From an uncultured Spirochaetota bacterium (GTDB taxonomy: Bacteria > Spirochaetota > Spirochaetia > SZUA-6 > Fen-1364): a stretch of DNA of 64,000 bases. The stretch is from positions 96,001-160,000 of the forward strand of contig CAWJSK010000015.1 in NCBI GenBank assembly GCA_963845535.1. The letters run 5' to 3'. This document shows positions 39,530 to 49,306 of this stretch, one piece after another. Positions within the stretch are counted from its first letter, which is position 1. Each line of letters starts with the position of its first letter. The notes beneath the pieces were generated by a model. It saw only the letters and a program-made list of their open reading frames with translations. It did no database searches and was not told where the DNA came from. Position numbers and translations under genes: made by a program.

Positions 39530-39904
39530 TCAATCCGTCCCCTCGATGACGATCCTGCCATCAGGGGTCTGGAAGATGACCAGCGCGGAGAACGAGAGGT
39601 CCTGCCATTTCAGGGACTTTCGGTATTCCACGGTGATCTGCCCCTCGCCGACGCGCGCCCTTTCCAGGATCTTGATCACCGGCGTCAGCGTCGAGGAGTT
39701 CATGTAGGACAGGTCGCGGAAGTTCATGACGACGCGCTTCCTCGCCGGGATGGCCTCCCCGAGGGTCCGCAGGAGGATGGGCATGACGAACTCGTTGGGA
39801 TCCCGCAGGATGCTCTTGCCGAGGAAGTGGACCGTGATGGTCCGTTCCTCGTCCGCGATGTCAATGGTCAACTGGTTATTCGTGAATGTCTGTACTTTCG
39901 CCAT
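39530..39904 (-). CDS. SiaC-like/STAS-like phospho-switch protein
   Basis: FLGKSILRDPNEFVMP; FRDLSYMNSST; C-terminal YRKSLKWQ. Confidence 0.7.
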   Translation of the reverse strand: MAKVQTFTNNQLTIDIADEERTITVHFLGKSILRDPNEFVMPILLRTLGEAIPARKRVVMNFRDLSYMNSSTLTPVIKILERARVGEGQITVEYRKSLKWQDLSFSALVIFQTPDGRIVIEGTD

Positions 39905-39922
39905 GGGGCTCCTCCACAGTGT

Positions 39923-40411
39923 TTATTCCAGTGTCGAGACCGCCGAGACGCTGAGCGTGTCGTTCTCGTCCAGGTAGAAGTCGAGCATCGCCTGGCCCTC
40001 GTACGTGATGCGCACGAGGCCGAGGCCGCTCTTGTCGATGTCCAGCGGTTCTCGGGAAATCGCTTTCATGCGGGCGATATAGGCCTCGAACGGGGCCTGG
40101 AACCCGCGGACCCACTGAATGGTGCGATCCAGCTCGCTCAGATACGTCTGGGTATAGTTGCTGATGGGGTTGGTGACGAGGACCGAGATCGTGCTGCCGG
40201 CAATCCACACGCGCACGTTCACCATGTCGCTCGCGTCGTTGAAATGCCCGTACTTGATTCCGTTCTCCACGAGCTCGCAGACGACCATGGTGTACTTGTC
40301 CACGCCTTCCGTCGGCAGGCCGCAGCCCGCCAGGAACTCGCCCACCGCCTGGTTGACCCTTCCCACCTCGGCCCAGTCGGAGACAACACGAAGCTCGAGC
40401 TCGGGACCCAT
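39923..40411 (-). CDS. GHKL-fold protein kinase (SiaB/RsbW-like)
   Basis: N-box CELVENGIKYG; G-box KSGLGLVRI; GGGAGG RBS. Confidence 0.8.
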   Translation of the reverse strand: MGPELELRVVSDWAEVGRVNQAVGEFLAGCGLPTEGVDKYTMVVCELVENGIKYGHFNDASDMVNVRVWIAGSTISVLVTNPISNYTQTYLSELDRTIQWVRGFQAPFEAYIARMKAISREPLDIDKSGLGLVRITYEGQAMLDFYLDENDTLSVSAVSTLE

Positions 40412-40438
40412 ACTTCCTCCCACCGTCTCACTCTTTGG

Positions 40439-42889
40439 TCAGCCTTTTCCCTCCTCCAGAAGAGCGGCGAGGCTCTCCGGGGGGAGCGGATGGCCGGTGT
40501 AGTATCCTTGGAGGGTCGTGCAGCCCTTTTTCTTCAAGAGCTCCGCCTGTGCGGCCGTCTCCACGCCTTCGGCGACCACTTCGAGGTTGAGGCTTCTCCC
40601 CATGGCGATGATGGCGGAGACGATCTCAGCGCCGCGGGCGTCCGCGGGGAGGTCCTGGATGAAAGTCCGGTCGATTTTCAAGCGGTCGATTGGCAGCCGC
40701 CGCAGGTACGCGAAGGAGGAGTACTTGGTGCCGAAGTCATCGATTGACAGGCGGATCCCCATTTCCTTGACTCTCGAAAGCTTCTCCACGTCTTGCGGGG
40801 AGTCGTTGATCAACATGCTTTCCGTGAGCTCGAGCTCCAGGAACTGGGGTGGAAACCCCGTGTCGTGCACGGCGGCCTCGATCACCTCGACGAAGTCCGG
40901 CCTCCGAAGCTGGTGCGCGGAGATGTTCACGCCAATGCGCACCGGCGCCATCCCCTGCTCATTCCAGCGCTGTCCCTGGGCGCAGGCCTCGTGCAGGACC
41001 AGCTCCCCGATCTCGTGGATCAGGCCTGTCTGCTCGGCTATGGGGATGAACTGCTCGGGGCTGATCAGGCCGATCTGAGGGCTCATCCATCGGGCCAGCG
41101 CTTCCAGGCCGACAAGGCGGCCGGTGGAGGCATCCACCTGCGGCTGGTAGTAGACCGTGAACTCATGGGCCGCCAGGCCCTGCCTGATCTGAGTCTGGAG
41201 GGTGAGGCGTTCCATGGCGCGCCGGTTCATTTCCGGTGAGAAGAACTGGTAGCCGTTTTTCCCCAGGTCCTTGGCTTTGTAGAGCGCTGCGTCCGCGCTC
41301 TGCAGGAGGCCTTCCACCTCAACGGAATCATCCGGGAAAATCGCAATACCGATGCTGGAGGAGATGAACAGCTCTTTTTCATCGATGAACATCGGTTCGT
41401 AGAGCTTCGCCAGGATCTTGCGCGCCACGATCAGCGAGCTGTCAGAGCTCTTGATCTGGGAAATCATGACGGTGAACTCGTCCCCGCCCATGCGGGCCAC
41501 GATGTCGCTTTCCCGGATGCACTGCTTGATGCGGTTGCCCACTTCCCGCAAGAGCTGGTCACCGGCCCGGTGGCCGAGGTTGTCGTTCACGAGCTTGAAG
41601 CCGTCGAGGTCCACGAACATAAGGGCGACGCCCTCGCTGGCGCGGCGCGCCTGCTCCAGGCTTTCCTTGAGGCGGTCCAGGAAATAGCGCCTGTTGGGAA
41701 GGCCGGTGAGGCTGTCATAGTGGGCCATCTCATACAACTGTTCCTGCGTTTCCTTCATGGCGGAGATGTCGGAGAAAAGTCCGATGTAGCGCGACACCCT
41801 GCCGGCTTCATCCCGCACCGCGCTGATGGAAAGCCACTTCGGGAAGACTTCGCCGTTTTTTCTCCTGTCCCAGATCTCCCCCTGCCAGCTTCCCCGGTCG
41901 CTGACGATGTCCCACATTTCCTGGTAGAAACGCTGGTCCTGCCGGCCCGAGCTGAGGACCGAGATATTCTCCCCGAGAATCTCCTCCCGGGTGTAGCCGG
42001 TGATGGAAGTGAACGCGCGGTTCACGTCCAGGATCCTGCGGTCCATGTCGGTGATGACCACCGCTTCGCTTGCGCTCTCGAAGACCTGGGCGTCGAGCTG
42101 GAGCCGCTTTTCGGCCTGCTTGCGGCTGGAGACGTCCAGGCCGAACACGTTGACGTATCCCTTGTCAGCGACGGGCACGAACACGAGGAGGAGTATCTTG
42201 ATGCCGATCTGGACCTCAACCTCGTAAGCGTCTTTCTGACGGACGGCCTCCTCGATGGCTTCCTGCCACCGGGGAGGGATGCGGCTGCCGACGTCAGTCT
42301 TCCAGTGCGCCAGGAGGAGCCAGCTCCCGCGGTTTGCGCTCAGGAGCGTCCCGTCCCGGGAGATGCGAAGGACAGGGAAAGGACTCTCCTCTGAAAACCG
42401 GGAGAACCCGCGCGCCTCGTCTTCCTGCGTGGCGTTCTCCCGCAGGGTCTCCACAAGCAGCGCGATGCGCCGCGCGCCGCCTTCTGCGCGGCGTTCTGAG
42501 CCGGCGTCGGCATCAGAGAGCTGCGACGCCTGGTAAAGGACGACAACCGGCTGCCCGTCGCCGGGACGGCGCAGGGCGGCCTGGCCGCGGGCGGTCACGC
42601 CGACGGCAACGGCCTCCCGCACCGTTGTGAGGAACGACGCCGCGTCCTCCTCAGGGAAAAGGGCTGAAAGGCTGGCTCCCGCCAGGCCCCCGCTTTTCAC
42701 GCCGAGGATGTCAAGGAAAGAGGCGTTGCACGATTCGATTGTCCCGTCGGAAGAGATCACGACCATGCCGCGCAGGCCGTCCTGTTCGGGGCCTCCGGCT
42801 GCCTTCGGCTCAGGTGCGTTGGAAAGAGCGCCCTGCTCATCCGGAGGCAGCTCTTCAACGTCTGTCAGGTTCCGCGCCGGCGTGGCCAC
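40439..42889 (-). CDS. PAS-PAS-PAS-GGDEF-EAL diguanylate cyclase/phosphodiesterase
   Basis: DSLTGLPNRR; RESD I-site; GGDEF; EALARW; DDFGTKYSS; EGVE; QGY. Confidence 0.95.
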   Translation of the reverse strand: MATPARNLTDVEELPPDEQGALSNAPEPKAAGGPEQDGLRGMVVISSDGTIESCNASFLDILGVKSGGLAGASLSALFPEEDAASFLTTVREAVAVGVTARGQAALRRPGDGQPVVVLYQASQLSDADAGSERRAEGGARRIALLVETLRENATQEDEARGFSRFSEESPFPVLRISRDGTLLSANRGSWLLLAHWKTDVGSRIPPRWQEAIEEAVRQKDAYEVEVQIGIKILLLVFVPVADKGYVNVFGLDVSSRKQAEKRLQLDAQVFESASEAVVITDMDRRILDVNRAFTSITGYTREEILGENISVLSSGRQDQRFYQEMWDIVSDRGSWQGEIWDRRKNGEVFPKWLSISAVRDEAGRVSRYIGLFSDISAMKETQEQLYEMAHYDSLTGLPNRRYFLDRLKESLEQARRASEGVALMFVDLDGFKLVNDNLGHRAGDQLLREVGNRIKQCIRESDIVARMGGDEFTVMISQIKSSDSSLIVARKILAKLYEPMFIDEKELFISSSIGIAIFPDDSVEVEGLLQSADAALYKAKDLGKNGYQFFSPEMNRRAMERLTLQTQIRQGLAAHEFTVYYQPQVDASTGRLVGLEALARWMSPQIGLISPEQFIPIAEQTGLIHEIGELVLHEACAQGQRWNEQGMAPVRIGVNISAHQLRRPDFVEVIEAAVHDTGFPPQFLELELTESMLINDSPQDVEKLSRVKEMGIRLSIDDFGTKYSSFAYLRRLPIDRLKIDRTFIQDLPADARGAEIVSAIIAMGRSLNLEVVAEGVETAAQAELLKKKGCTTLQGYYTGHPLPPESLAALLEEGKG

Positions 42890-43122
42890 GTTGCTCCTTC
42901 CTCCGTTGCGCAGAGCAGGTCAGTCACATTTTCGAACGCGATGCTCTTGCAACAATTCTCATCTACGGCACCGTTACCGTGCCGCTACGCACGATTCCCT
43001 CGTGAAAGATATTCAGACGAAAGCCGCAAGGCAAAGGCAATCTTGGCGAAGGCCGGCGAACGCCGGCCCTTGCAGCCGTCTCTGAAAAAGGGGTATTCTC
43101 GAACAGAGAGTTGGCGGGTGAG

Positions 43123-43473
43123 ATGACCAAACACGTCGAACAGATGATGCGGAGGGCCGAGGGCGCTCTCGGGCGCGCTTTTCGACAGCTTGACGCCGCG
43201 GGGAACATTGCGAAGAAGCTTGACGCCGAAACAACAAAGCATCCCGACAAGGACAACTTCGTGGAGCTGCTGATCATCCGGGAAGTCGTGGAGCGGGTCG
43301 CAAGGATCTGCAACGCCGCTTTCATTGCGGATTCCCGCGCCACAAGCCCTCTTCCCTTTCCGCCCCGCGAGGGGACGCCCGGCATGATGTCCGGGCCCTG
43401 GACTTTTCCCCGGGGCGGCGCCAAGGACGAAGCAAAACGAGCAGCTTCCTCGCGCAAGAGAAAGAGGACGTGA
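43123..43473 (+). CDS. Hypothetical helical protein
   Basis: Plausible amphipathic N-terminal half; GTGA overlap with the next gene; no motif recognised. Confidence 0.4.
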   Translation: MTKHVEQMMRRAEGALGRAFRQLDAAGNIAKKLDAETTKHPDKDNFVELLIIREVVERVARICNAAFIADSRATSPLPFPPREGTPGMMSGPWTFPRGGAKDEAKRAASSRKRKRT

Positions 43474-44729
43474 GCATTCGCGCCCTCCTCGCCCTTGCCG
43501 CGTTCACGGCTCTCGCCCTCGCCGGCTGCGCTTCCGTCCAGGACAATTTTCTTCTCACAAAGCTGGATAACCAGGCCAAGGCACGAGCACTCGTCGAGGA
43601 GGGCGTGGCGCAGTACCAGGCGCAACTGATCAGGAAGGGAGACCTGAGCAAAGTGGCGTCCATACGCGAGTATTTCACGATGGCGCTGCGCTTCGACCCA
43701 CAGAACCTCCTCGCCGCCCGCTACCGCGACCTTGTGGACAACTACCGTGCCGTCCAGCTCTCCCAGGCCTTGAAAGAAGCGCAGTCCTATTTTGCGAAGC
43801 AAAGACGGGCGGAAGAGGAAGATTTCGCCATGTGCGTGGCCATCCAGACCGCGCTGCGCCTGGACCCCAACAACGCCGCGGCGGCCAAGCTCGCCCGTGA
43901 CACGGAATCCCTACGCCAGACTCTCATAGCGAAACTGCTGTCGAAGGCGTGGACATCCCTCGGCAAGGCCGCCCAGGCGCCTGGCGCCGCGGACCGGGAA
44001 AGCGCGGACATCGACGCCTACCAGGGCTTCGACAAGGTCCTCTTGATCGATCCGCGGAACTCGACCGCCACGGCGCAGATAGCGTCACTGAAGGATTCAC
44101 TGGGCCGCGCGGCGGCGGCGCACGTTCGCGCCGTGAAAAAACTGATTGCCGCGGGGCAGTTCGAAGCCGCCCGGGACCAGATCGCCGCGCTCTCGGCCAC
44201 GAGCAGGAAAGTGGACGGCATCCTGGACGTCCAGGTCGCCTCCGCCCGCTACCTTCTCGATTACCAGTGGGCGCGCAGCCTTTACCTCCACAAAGCGTAC
44301 GCGCTCGCGGACGCACGGGTCAGGGAAGCTCTCAGGATTGCCCCCACCGACGAGGCATACGCGCTGAAGAGGAAAATCGCGGACCTCGCCAACCAGGAAG
44401 AGCGGCAGACTTCGTTCGATGCCTCACTGCAGCAGATCGATGACTTGATCCAGCAGGGAGACCTTGCTGCCGCCAGCGCCCGTATCGAGGCGCTCGCCAA
44501 GAGCGAGCAGGACTCCGCCCGGCTGGACCAACTGGACGCGCGCCGGCAGAAGGTCCACTCGTACCTGCCGCAGATGTACGCCGCGGCCGTCAACGATTAC
44601 CGCGATGAGAACTTCAAGGATGCAATTGACCTTCTCCAGACAATCGTGTCGGTGGACGTCGGCTACGAACAAGCCGCCGACTATCTGGACAAGGCCACGG
44701 CGAAAGAAAAGCTGGTGGAACAATACTAA
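43470..44729 (+). CDS. TPR-like helical lipoprotein
   Basis: Lipobox LAGC; repeated ALRxDPxN/VLLIDPRN helix-turn units. Confidence 0.75.
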   Translation: MSIRALLALAAFTALALAGCASVQDNFLLTKLDNQAKARALVEEGVAQYQAQLIRKGDLSKVASIREYFTMALRFDPQNLLAARYRDLVDNYRAVQLSQALKEAQSYFAKQRRAEEEDFAMCVAIQTALRLDPNNAAAAKLARDTESLRQTLIAKLLSKAWTSLGKAAQAPGAADRESADIDAYQGFDKVLLIDPRNSTATAQIASLKDSLGRAAAAHVRAVKKLIAAGQFEAARDQIAALSATSRKVDGILDVQVASARYLLDYQWARSLYLHKAYALADARVREALRIAPTDEAYALKRKIADLANQEERQTSFDASLQQIDDLIQQGDLAAASARIEALAKSEQDSARLDQLDARRQKVHSYLPQMYAAAVNDYRDENFKDAIDLLQTIVSVDVGYEQAADYLDKATAKEKLVEQY

Positions 44730-44850
44730 ACGTCCAGGCGAGCGCAGCGAGCACGGCGTTAGAGCGCGTAATCGCGCACGAGCGCGGCCTTCCGCACGGA
44801 ATACCGTGCTAGGGCGCGCGGATGGGGAACACCCAGATGCTGCCCCCGCT

Positions 44851-46068
44851 TCAACTACTCCATTTTTCCCGTATCGCCCGGATGATGTCGTAGATCTCGA
44901 AGAACAGGGCCACGATTTCGGGATCGAACTGCCTGCCCGCCTGTTCCTTGATGTAGAAAAGGACGCGGTCCTCTTCCCAGGCGTCCTTGTACACCCGCTT
45001 GCAAATCAGGGCGTCATAAACGTCCGCGAGCGTGACGATCCGCGCTGACAAGGGGATGGCGGTCCCTTTTTTTCCGGGGCCGAACTTCAACGTCTTTTCG
45101 TGAATGTCCTTGACCACGCCGGGATACCCCGTGCCGTCCCACCTCTCGTGGTGGTTCAGCGCCACCTCGTAGGCCAGAGTGTCCCATTCCGAGGTGGGGT
45201 TCTCGAAGAACTGCGCGCCGTAGACGGTGTGGTACTTGATGGCCTCGAACTCTTCACGGGTGAGGTCCTGCTTCTTCTTGAGGATTGCGTCAGACACGCC
45301 GACCTTGCCGATGTCGTGCAGCATCGAGGAAATCTTCAGGATGTCCTTGAAGTTGCTCACCTCTTCCCGCGGCACGGCGTGCCGTTCAGCCCATTTCTGG
45401 TACAGCTCCACGGCGTAGGAACCGACCCGGCTGACATGCGGTTGCGTCTCCTCGGGGTCGCGCAGCTCCGTTGTGCGGACCATTTTGAACACGACGTCGC
45501 GGAGGAGCACGGCGCGTTCTATGGCGATCCCCGCGTAGAAGGCGAACTGAGTGATATAGAACTCCTGGTCTTCCGTGAAGGGGGTGGGGGTGCCGGCGCC
45601 ATCCAGCCGGTTGATGAGCTCGAGGACGCCCACCATGTCGTTCTTGCTCGTGCGGATGGGGACGATCAGCATGGACACGGTGCGGTACGATGAGATCTGG
45701 TCGAAATAGGGGTTGAAGGCGAAAGGGAACGTGGCGTCGATTGCGTATGCGTCATCGATGAGGAGCGACTCACCGGTGAACGCCACGTACCCGGCAATGG
45801 AGCGTTCGTCGATGTCGATCTCGTTGTTCGTGTAGATGTACTTGTTGGACAGGAAATCGTTCCTGAAAAGTGAATCGTTCTGCACGTAGCTGAACTGGAG
45901 CTTTTTGCCCTCCACGAGGAAGATCGAACCTGCATCCGCTTGCGTCAGGGACCGGGTCTCATACAGCAGGTTGTCCAGCAGCGTGTTCAAGTCCCGGATG
46001 TGGTGGAGTTTCTCTTGCTTTTCCAGGATGGTGTTCAACAGAGAAGAATCATCTCTGCGCCTGCCCAC
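44851..46068 (-). CDS. GAF plus HD-GYP cyclic dinucleotide phosphodiesterase
   Basis: GTG at 46068 with an AAGGAGG RBS; ADAGSIF GAF; LHDIGK; HHERWDGTGYP; ADVYDAL. Confidence 0.92.
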   Translation of the reverse strand: MGRRRDDSSLLNTILEKQEKLHHIRDLNTLLDNLLYETRSLTQADAGSIFLVEGKKLQFSYVQNDSLFRNDFLSNKYIYTNNEIDIDERSIAGYVAFTGESLLIDDAYAIDATFPFAFNPYFDQISSYRTVSMLIVPIRTSKNDMVGVLELINRLDGAGTPTPFTEDQEFYITQFAFYAGIAIERAVLLRDVVFKMVRTTELRDPEETQPHVSRVGSYAVELYQKWAERHAVPREEVSNFKDILKISSMLHDIGKVGVSDAILKKKQDLTREEFEAIKYHTVYGAQFFENPTSEWDTLAYEVALNHHERWDGTGYPGVVKDIHEKTLKFGPGKKGTAIPLSARIVTLADVYDALICKRVYKDAWEEDRVLFYIKEQAGRQFDPEIVALFFEIYDIIRAIREKWSS

Positions 46069-46232
46069 GCCTGCCTCCTTGTCGCTTTCCTCGATGAGTA
46101 TAGGACGTTCCTTGCCGCGAAGCAACGCTTCCAGCGTTGCTTCGCGGCCTTTGCCGGTGGACGCCTCGCGCCTTCCCGTCGTGGTTCCCCACCGTCGCCG
46201 GCGGCGGTATCTTCGAACCAGGAGAAGGTTAA

Positions 46233-47669
46233 ATGAAAGTTCGCGGTGCTTTTCTGGCAGCCTGCGGGTGCGTGCTCTGCGCGTGCGCCACCGCCGGGCC
46301 GTCCGGTTCCGCGTCCGGTTCGGCGGAATTGACGGACCGGGTCGTTGTTCACGATATTCCAGACTTCCAGGACGCCATCGCAGCAGTCTCGCAATCAGCA
46401 TTGCCGTGCGTCGTGCATATCGAAGTCTCCGGCACCACGTTGCGCCAGGTTCCCAGGATCGGCCCCTTCGGCTTGTTCTCGGATTCCCCCCAGGGGATTT
46501 CCAAGGTCCCGCTGCGCGCGCTGGGCAGCGGCATCCTGGTCAGCCCTGACGGGCACATCGTCACGAACAACCACGTCGTGGAGAACGCGGACACCATCAC
46601 TGTTCACTTCTACGACGGCACGGAGCGGCCCGGCAGGCTGGTGGGGTCGGACCGTCTCACGGATATCGCCGTCATCAAGGTGGACGGTATCCCGCGGGTC
46701 CGCGTGGCGCGGCTGGGTGACTCGGACTCGCTGCGCGTGGGGGAGTGGGTGGTGGCCATCGGGTCCCCGCGCGGACTCGACTGGACCGTCACGGCGGGCA
46801 TTGTAAGCGCAACGCACCGAATGGGGGTCAGCACCAAGGCGCCGGAAGGGCTGGAAGACTTCATCCAGACGGACACCGCCATCAATCCGGGCAACAGCGG
46901 CGGCCCGCTTCTCAATCTGAGAGGAGAAGTGGTCGGGATGAACGCGCTCATCATGTCCGAGAGCCAGGGCTCGGAAGGGCTCGGTTTTGCAATCCCTTCG
47001 AACCTGCTGAAGGCGGTCGCGGAAACGCTCATCAAGGAAGGAAAGGTGACGCGCGGCGACCTGGGGATTGCCACTCAGGACTTGAGTGACCCTATCCGCC
47101 GAGGCTTGAAGATTCCCGCCGGCACTCGCGGGGTGGTGGTGACCGAGGCGGTCCCTCTCGGGCCGGGCGCCGCCGCCGCGGTGACCGCGGGTGACGTGAT
47201 CACTTTTTTCCAGGAAATCCCCATCAGCTCCGCCGCTCAGCTCAACAGGCTGATTGCGGCGGCCGCGCCGGGGACCAACCTTACACTCCGGCTCCTCAGG
47301 AACGGGACCACCCTCATGGTGACCATGACGGTGGCTGATCAGCTCGCTCTCGCGCAAAAGCAAGCCGCGCGTCCTGCGTACGCCTTGCTGGGCATCCGCG
47401 TTGATCCGGTGTCCGACTCGATTGCCCAGAGCGTGGGTCTGACGGAAACTGCCGGGGTCCTGGTGGTGGAAGTCGTGACGGGCAGCCCCGCCGACGGCGT
47501 GGGGATAGCCAAGGGGGATATCATCTTCCAGGTGGACGGAGAGGACGTCAACGACGCGGTGCAGTTCCGCACGCACGTGGGAGAAGCCATTCAGACGGGA
47601 AGCGTCATCATTCTCATCCGTGATGGGGCGTCCGGCAGGACTGGCTACATGGCGATCCCGATACAGTAG
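46233..47669 (+). CDS. HtrA/DegQ family serine protease lipoprotein with 2 PDZ domains
   Basis: LGSG; TNNHVV; TDIAV; INPGNSGGPL. Confidence 0.94.
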   Translation: MKVRGAFLAACGCVLCACATAGPSGSASGSAELTDRVVVHDIPDFQDAIAAVSQSALPCVVHIEVSGTTLRQVPRIGPFGLFSDSPQGISKVPLRALGSGILVSPDGHIVTNNHVVENADTITVHFYDGTERPGRLVGSDRLTDIAVIKVDGIPRVRVARLGDSDSLRVGEWVVAIGSPRGLDWTVTAGIVSATHRMGVSTKAPEGLEDFIQTDTAINPGNSGGPLLNLRGEVVGMNALIMSESQGSEGLGFAIPSNLLKAVAETLIKEGKVTRGDLGIATQDLSDPIRRGLKIPAGTRGVVVTEAVPLGPGAAAAVTAGDVITFFQEIPISSAAQLNRLIAAAAPGTNLTLRLLRNGTTLMVTMTVADQLALAQKQAARPAYALLGIRVDPVSDSIAQSVGLTETAGVLVVEVVTGSPADGVGIAKGDIIFQVDGEDVNDAVQFRTHVGEAIQTGSVIILIRDGASGRTGYMAIPIQ

Positions 47670-47702
47670 CCGCGCCTGCCGGTCCCGAGTCCTGGTGGAT
47701 CA

Positions 47703-48434
47703 TCACGTTGCGATTGTCGGGTAGAGGAATGATCCGATCCCCACCACGACGGCGGTTGCCGCCGCCAGGACCCCGAGGTCCATGCCAAGGCCGTAGGCGG
47801 ACGTGCCGCCGGACAGCATGAGGGAGCGCAGCGCGTCCACCTGGTAGGTGAGCGGGTTGGCATGGGAGATGATCTGAAGCCAGCGCGGCATGATCGATAT
47901 GGGGTAGATGGCGTTGCTCGCGAAGAAAAGCGGCATGGTCAGAATCTGCCCGATCCCCATGAAACGTTCACGCGTTTTCACGAGGCACGCAATAACAAGG
48001 GAGAACGTCGAAAAGAAGGCCGCGCCGAGCATGACCACGAGCAGCACGCCGGCAAGCGAAAGCGGGTTCCAGTCCATCCCGACTCCCAGCAGGACGGCCA
48101 GGAGATAGACGATGATCGCCTGGGCAAGCCCGCGAAGCCCGGCGGAAATGGCTTTGCCCAGCACGAGCGCGGACCGCGGAGTGGGGCTCACGAGGAACTT
48201 CTGGAGTATCCCGAGGTCCCTCTCCCAGATCACCGAGATGCCGTAGAAGATCGCGATGAAAAGCACGCTCTGCGAAAGGATCCCGGGCGCCATGAAGTCG
48301 ATGTAGCGCAGGTTCCCCGTCGGGATGGCCCGTATGCGCGTGAAGACCTGGCCGAATACAAGGAGCCACAGCGCCGGTTGGACTGCTCGCGTGAGAAGCT
48401 CCGTGGGGTCATGGAGGAGCTTGCGCGCCTCCAT
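47703..48434 (-). CDS. ABC-2 type exporter permease (DrrB-like)
   Basis: YIDFMAPG; WERDLG; NPLTYQVDALR; true start may lie further upstream, near 48515. Confidence 0.9.
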   Translation of the reverse strand: MEARKLLHDPTELLTRAVQPALWLLVFGQVFTRIRAIPTGNLRYIDFMAPGILSQSVLFIAIFYGISVIWERDLGILQKFLVSPTPRSALVLGKAISAGLRGLAQAIIVYLLAVLLGVGMDWNPLSLAGVLLVVMLGAAFFSTFSLVIACLVKTRERFMGIGQILTMPLFFASNAIYPISIMPRWLQIISHANPLTYQVDALRSLMLSGGTSAYGLGMDLGVLAAATAVVVGIGSFLYPTIAT

Positions 48435-48508
48435 CCCCGAAATGGTGAGGGTCCTTGCAACGTAGCGAACGAGAAATGAGATCGGGTCTGTCCGGCTCGA
48501 GGCCGGGC

Positions 48509-49306
48509 TCAGCCAAGACGGCGAGCGCGCCGTCGTGTCCGTCGTGTTTCACGGTATGTACCTCCGGAATCGAGATTGCTCCCTGTGTAGTAGATGAAGA
48601 CGTCATCGAGGGATGCGCCCTGACTGCCGATGCCCCCCTTGAGTTGAAGAGGCGTCCCGAGAGCCACCAGACTCCCCCTGTGCATGATTGCTATCCTGTC
48701 GCACAGCGCATCCGCCTCCTCCATCTGGTGCGTCGTAAGGATGACCGTTGCCCCGGTTCGGCCGCGCAGCTCCTCGATGTGGTCCCAGACTGCTCTGCGG
48801 GCCGCCGGGTCGAGCCCCACGGTGGGCTCGTCGAGGAACAGGACCTTCGGCCTGTGCAGCATGGACTGAGCGATCTCCAGCCGCCTGATCATGCCCCCGG
48901 AATACTGGCGCACGAGCCGCTGGGCCGCGTCCCCCAGCCCCATGAAATCGAGGGCGGCCTGAACCCGTTCGCGCCGCTCACGGCGCGGGATGTCGTAGAG
49001 CCGCGCGAATACGAGAAGGTTCTCCATCCCCGTCAGCGTGCCGTCCGCGGAGAGCATCTGCGGGACGTAGCCGATCATCCGGCGCACCGCTCCCGCATGA
49101 CGGTTGATGTCGAACCCATTCACCGTGGCCGTCCCCGCGCTGGGGGGGAGCAGGGTTGTGAGCATCTTGATCGTCGTGCTTTTGCCGGCGCCGTTGGGGC
49201 CGAGCAGGCCGAACATCTCCCCCGTCTCGATCGAAAGATTCAGCTCGTTGACCGCCGTCAACGGTCCGAACCGGCGTGTCAGGTTCGAAAGCTCAAGTAT
49301 TGGCAT
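48509..49306 (-). CDS. ABC exporter ATP-binding protein (DrrA-like)
   Basis: GPNGAGKST; YSGGM; FLDEPTVGLDP; TTHQMEEA. Confidence 0.95.
   Translation of the reverse strand: MPILELSNLTRRFGPLTAVNELNLSIETGEMFGLLGPNGAGKSTTIKMLTTLLPPSAGTATVNGFDINRHAGAVRRMIGYVPQMLSADGTLTGMENLLVFARLYDIPRRERRERVQAALDFMGLGDAAQRLVRQYSGGMIRRLEIAQSMLHRPKVLFLDEPTVGLDPAARRAVWDHIEELRGRTGATVILTTHQMEEADALCDRIAIMHRGSLVALGTPLQLKGGIGSQGASLDDVFIYYTGSNLDSGGTYRETRRTRRRARRLG

Noticed and set aside
43013..43085. c-di-GMP-I/II riboswitch call
   Set aside because: The GGCAAA-like word is present, but the GNRA/receptor pairing and the GACGCAAAGC segment are not; kept only as an unexplained structure
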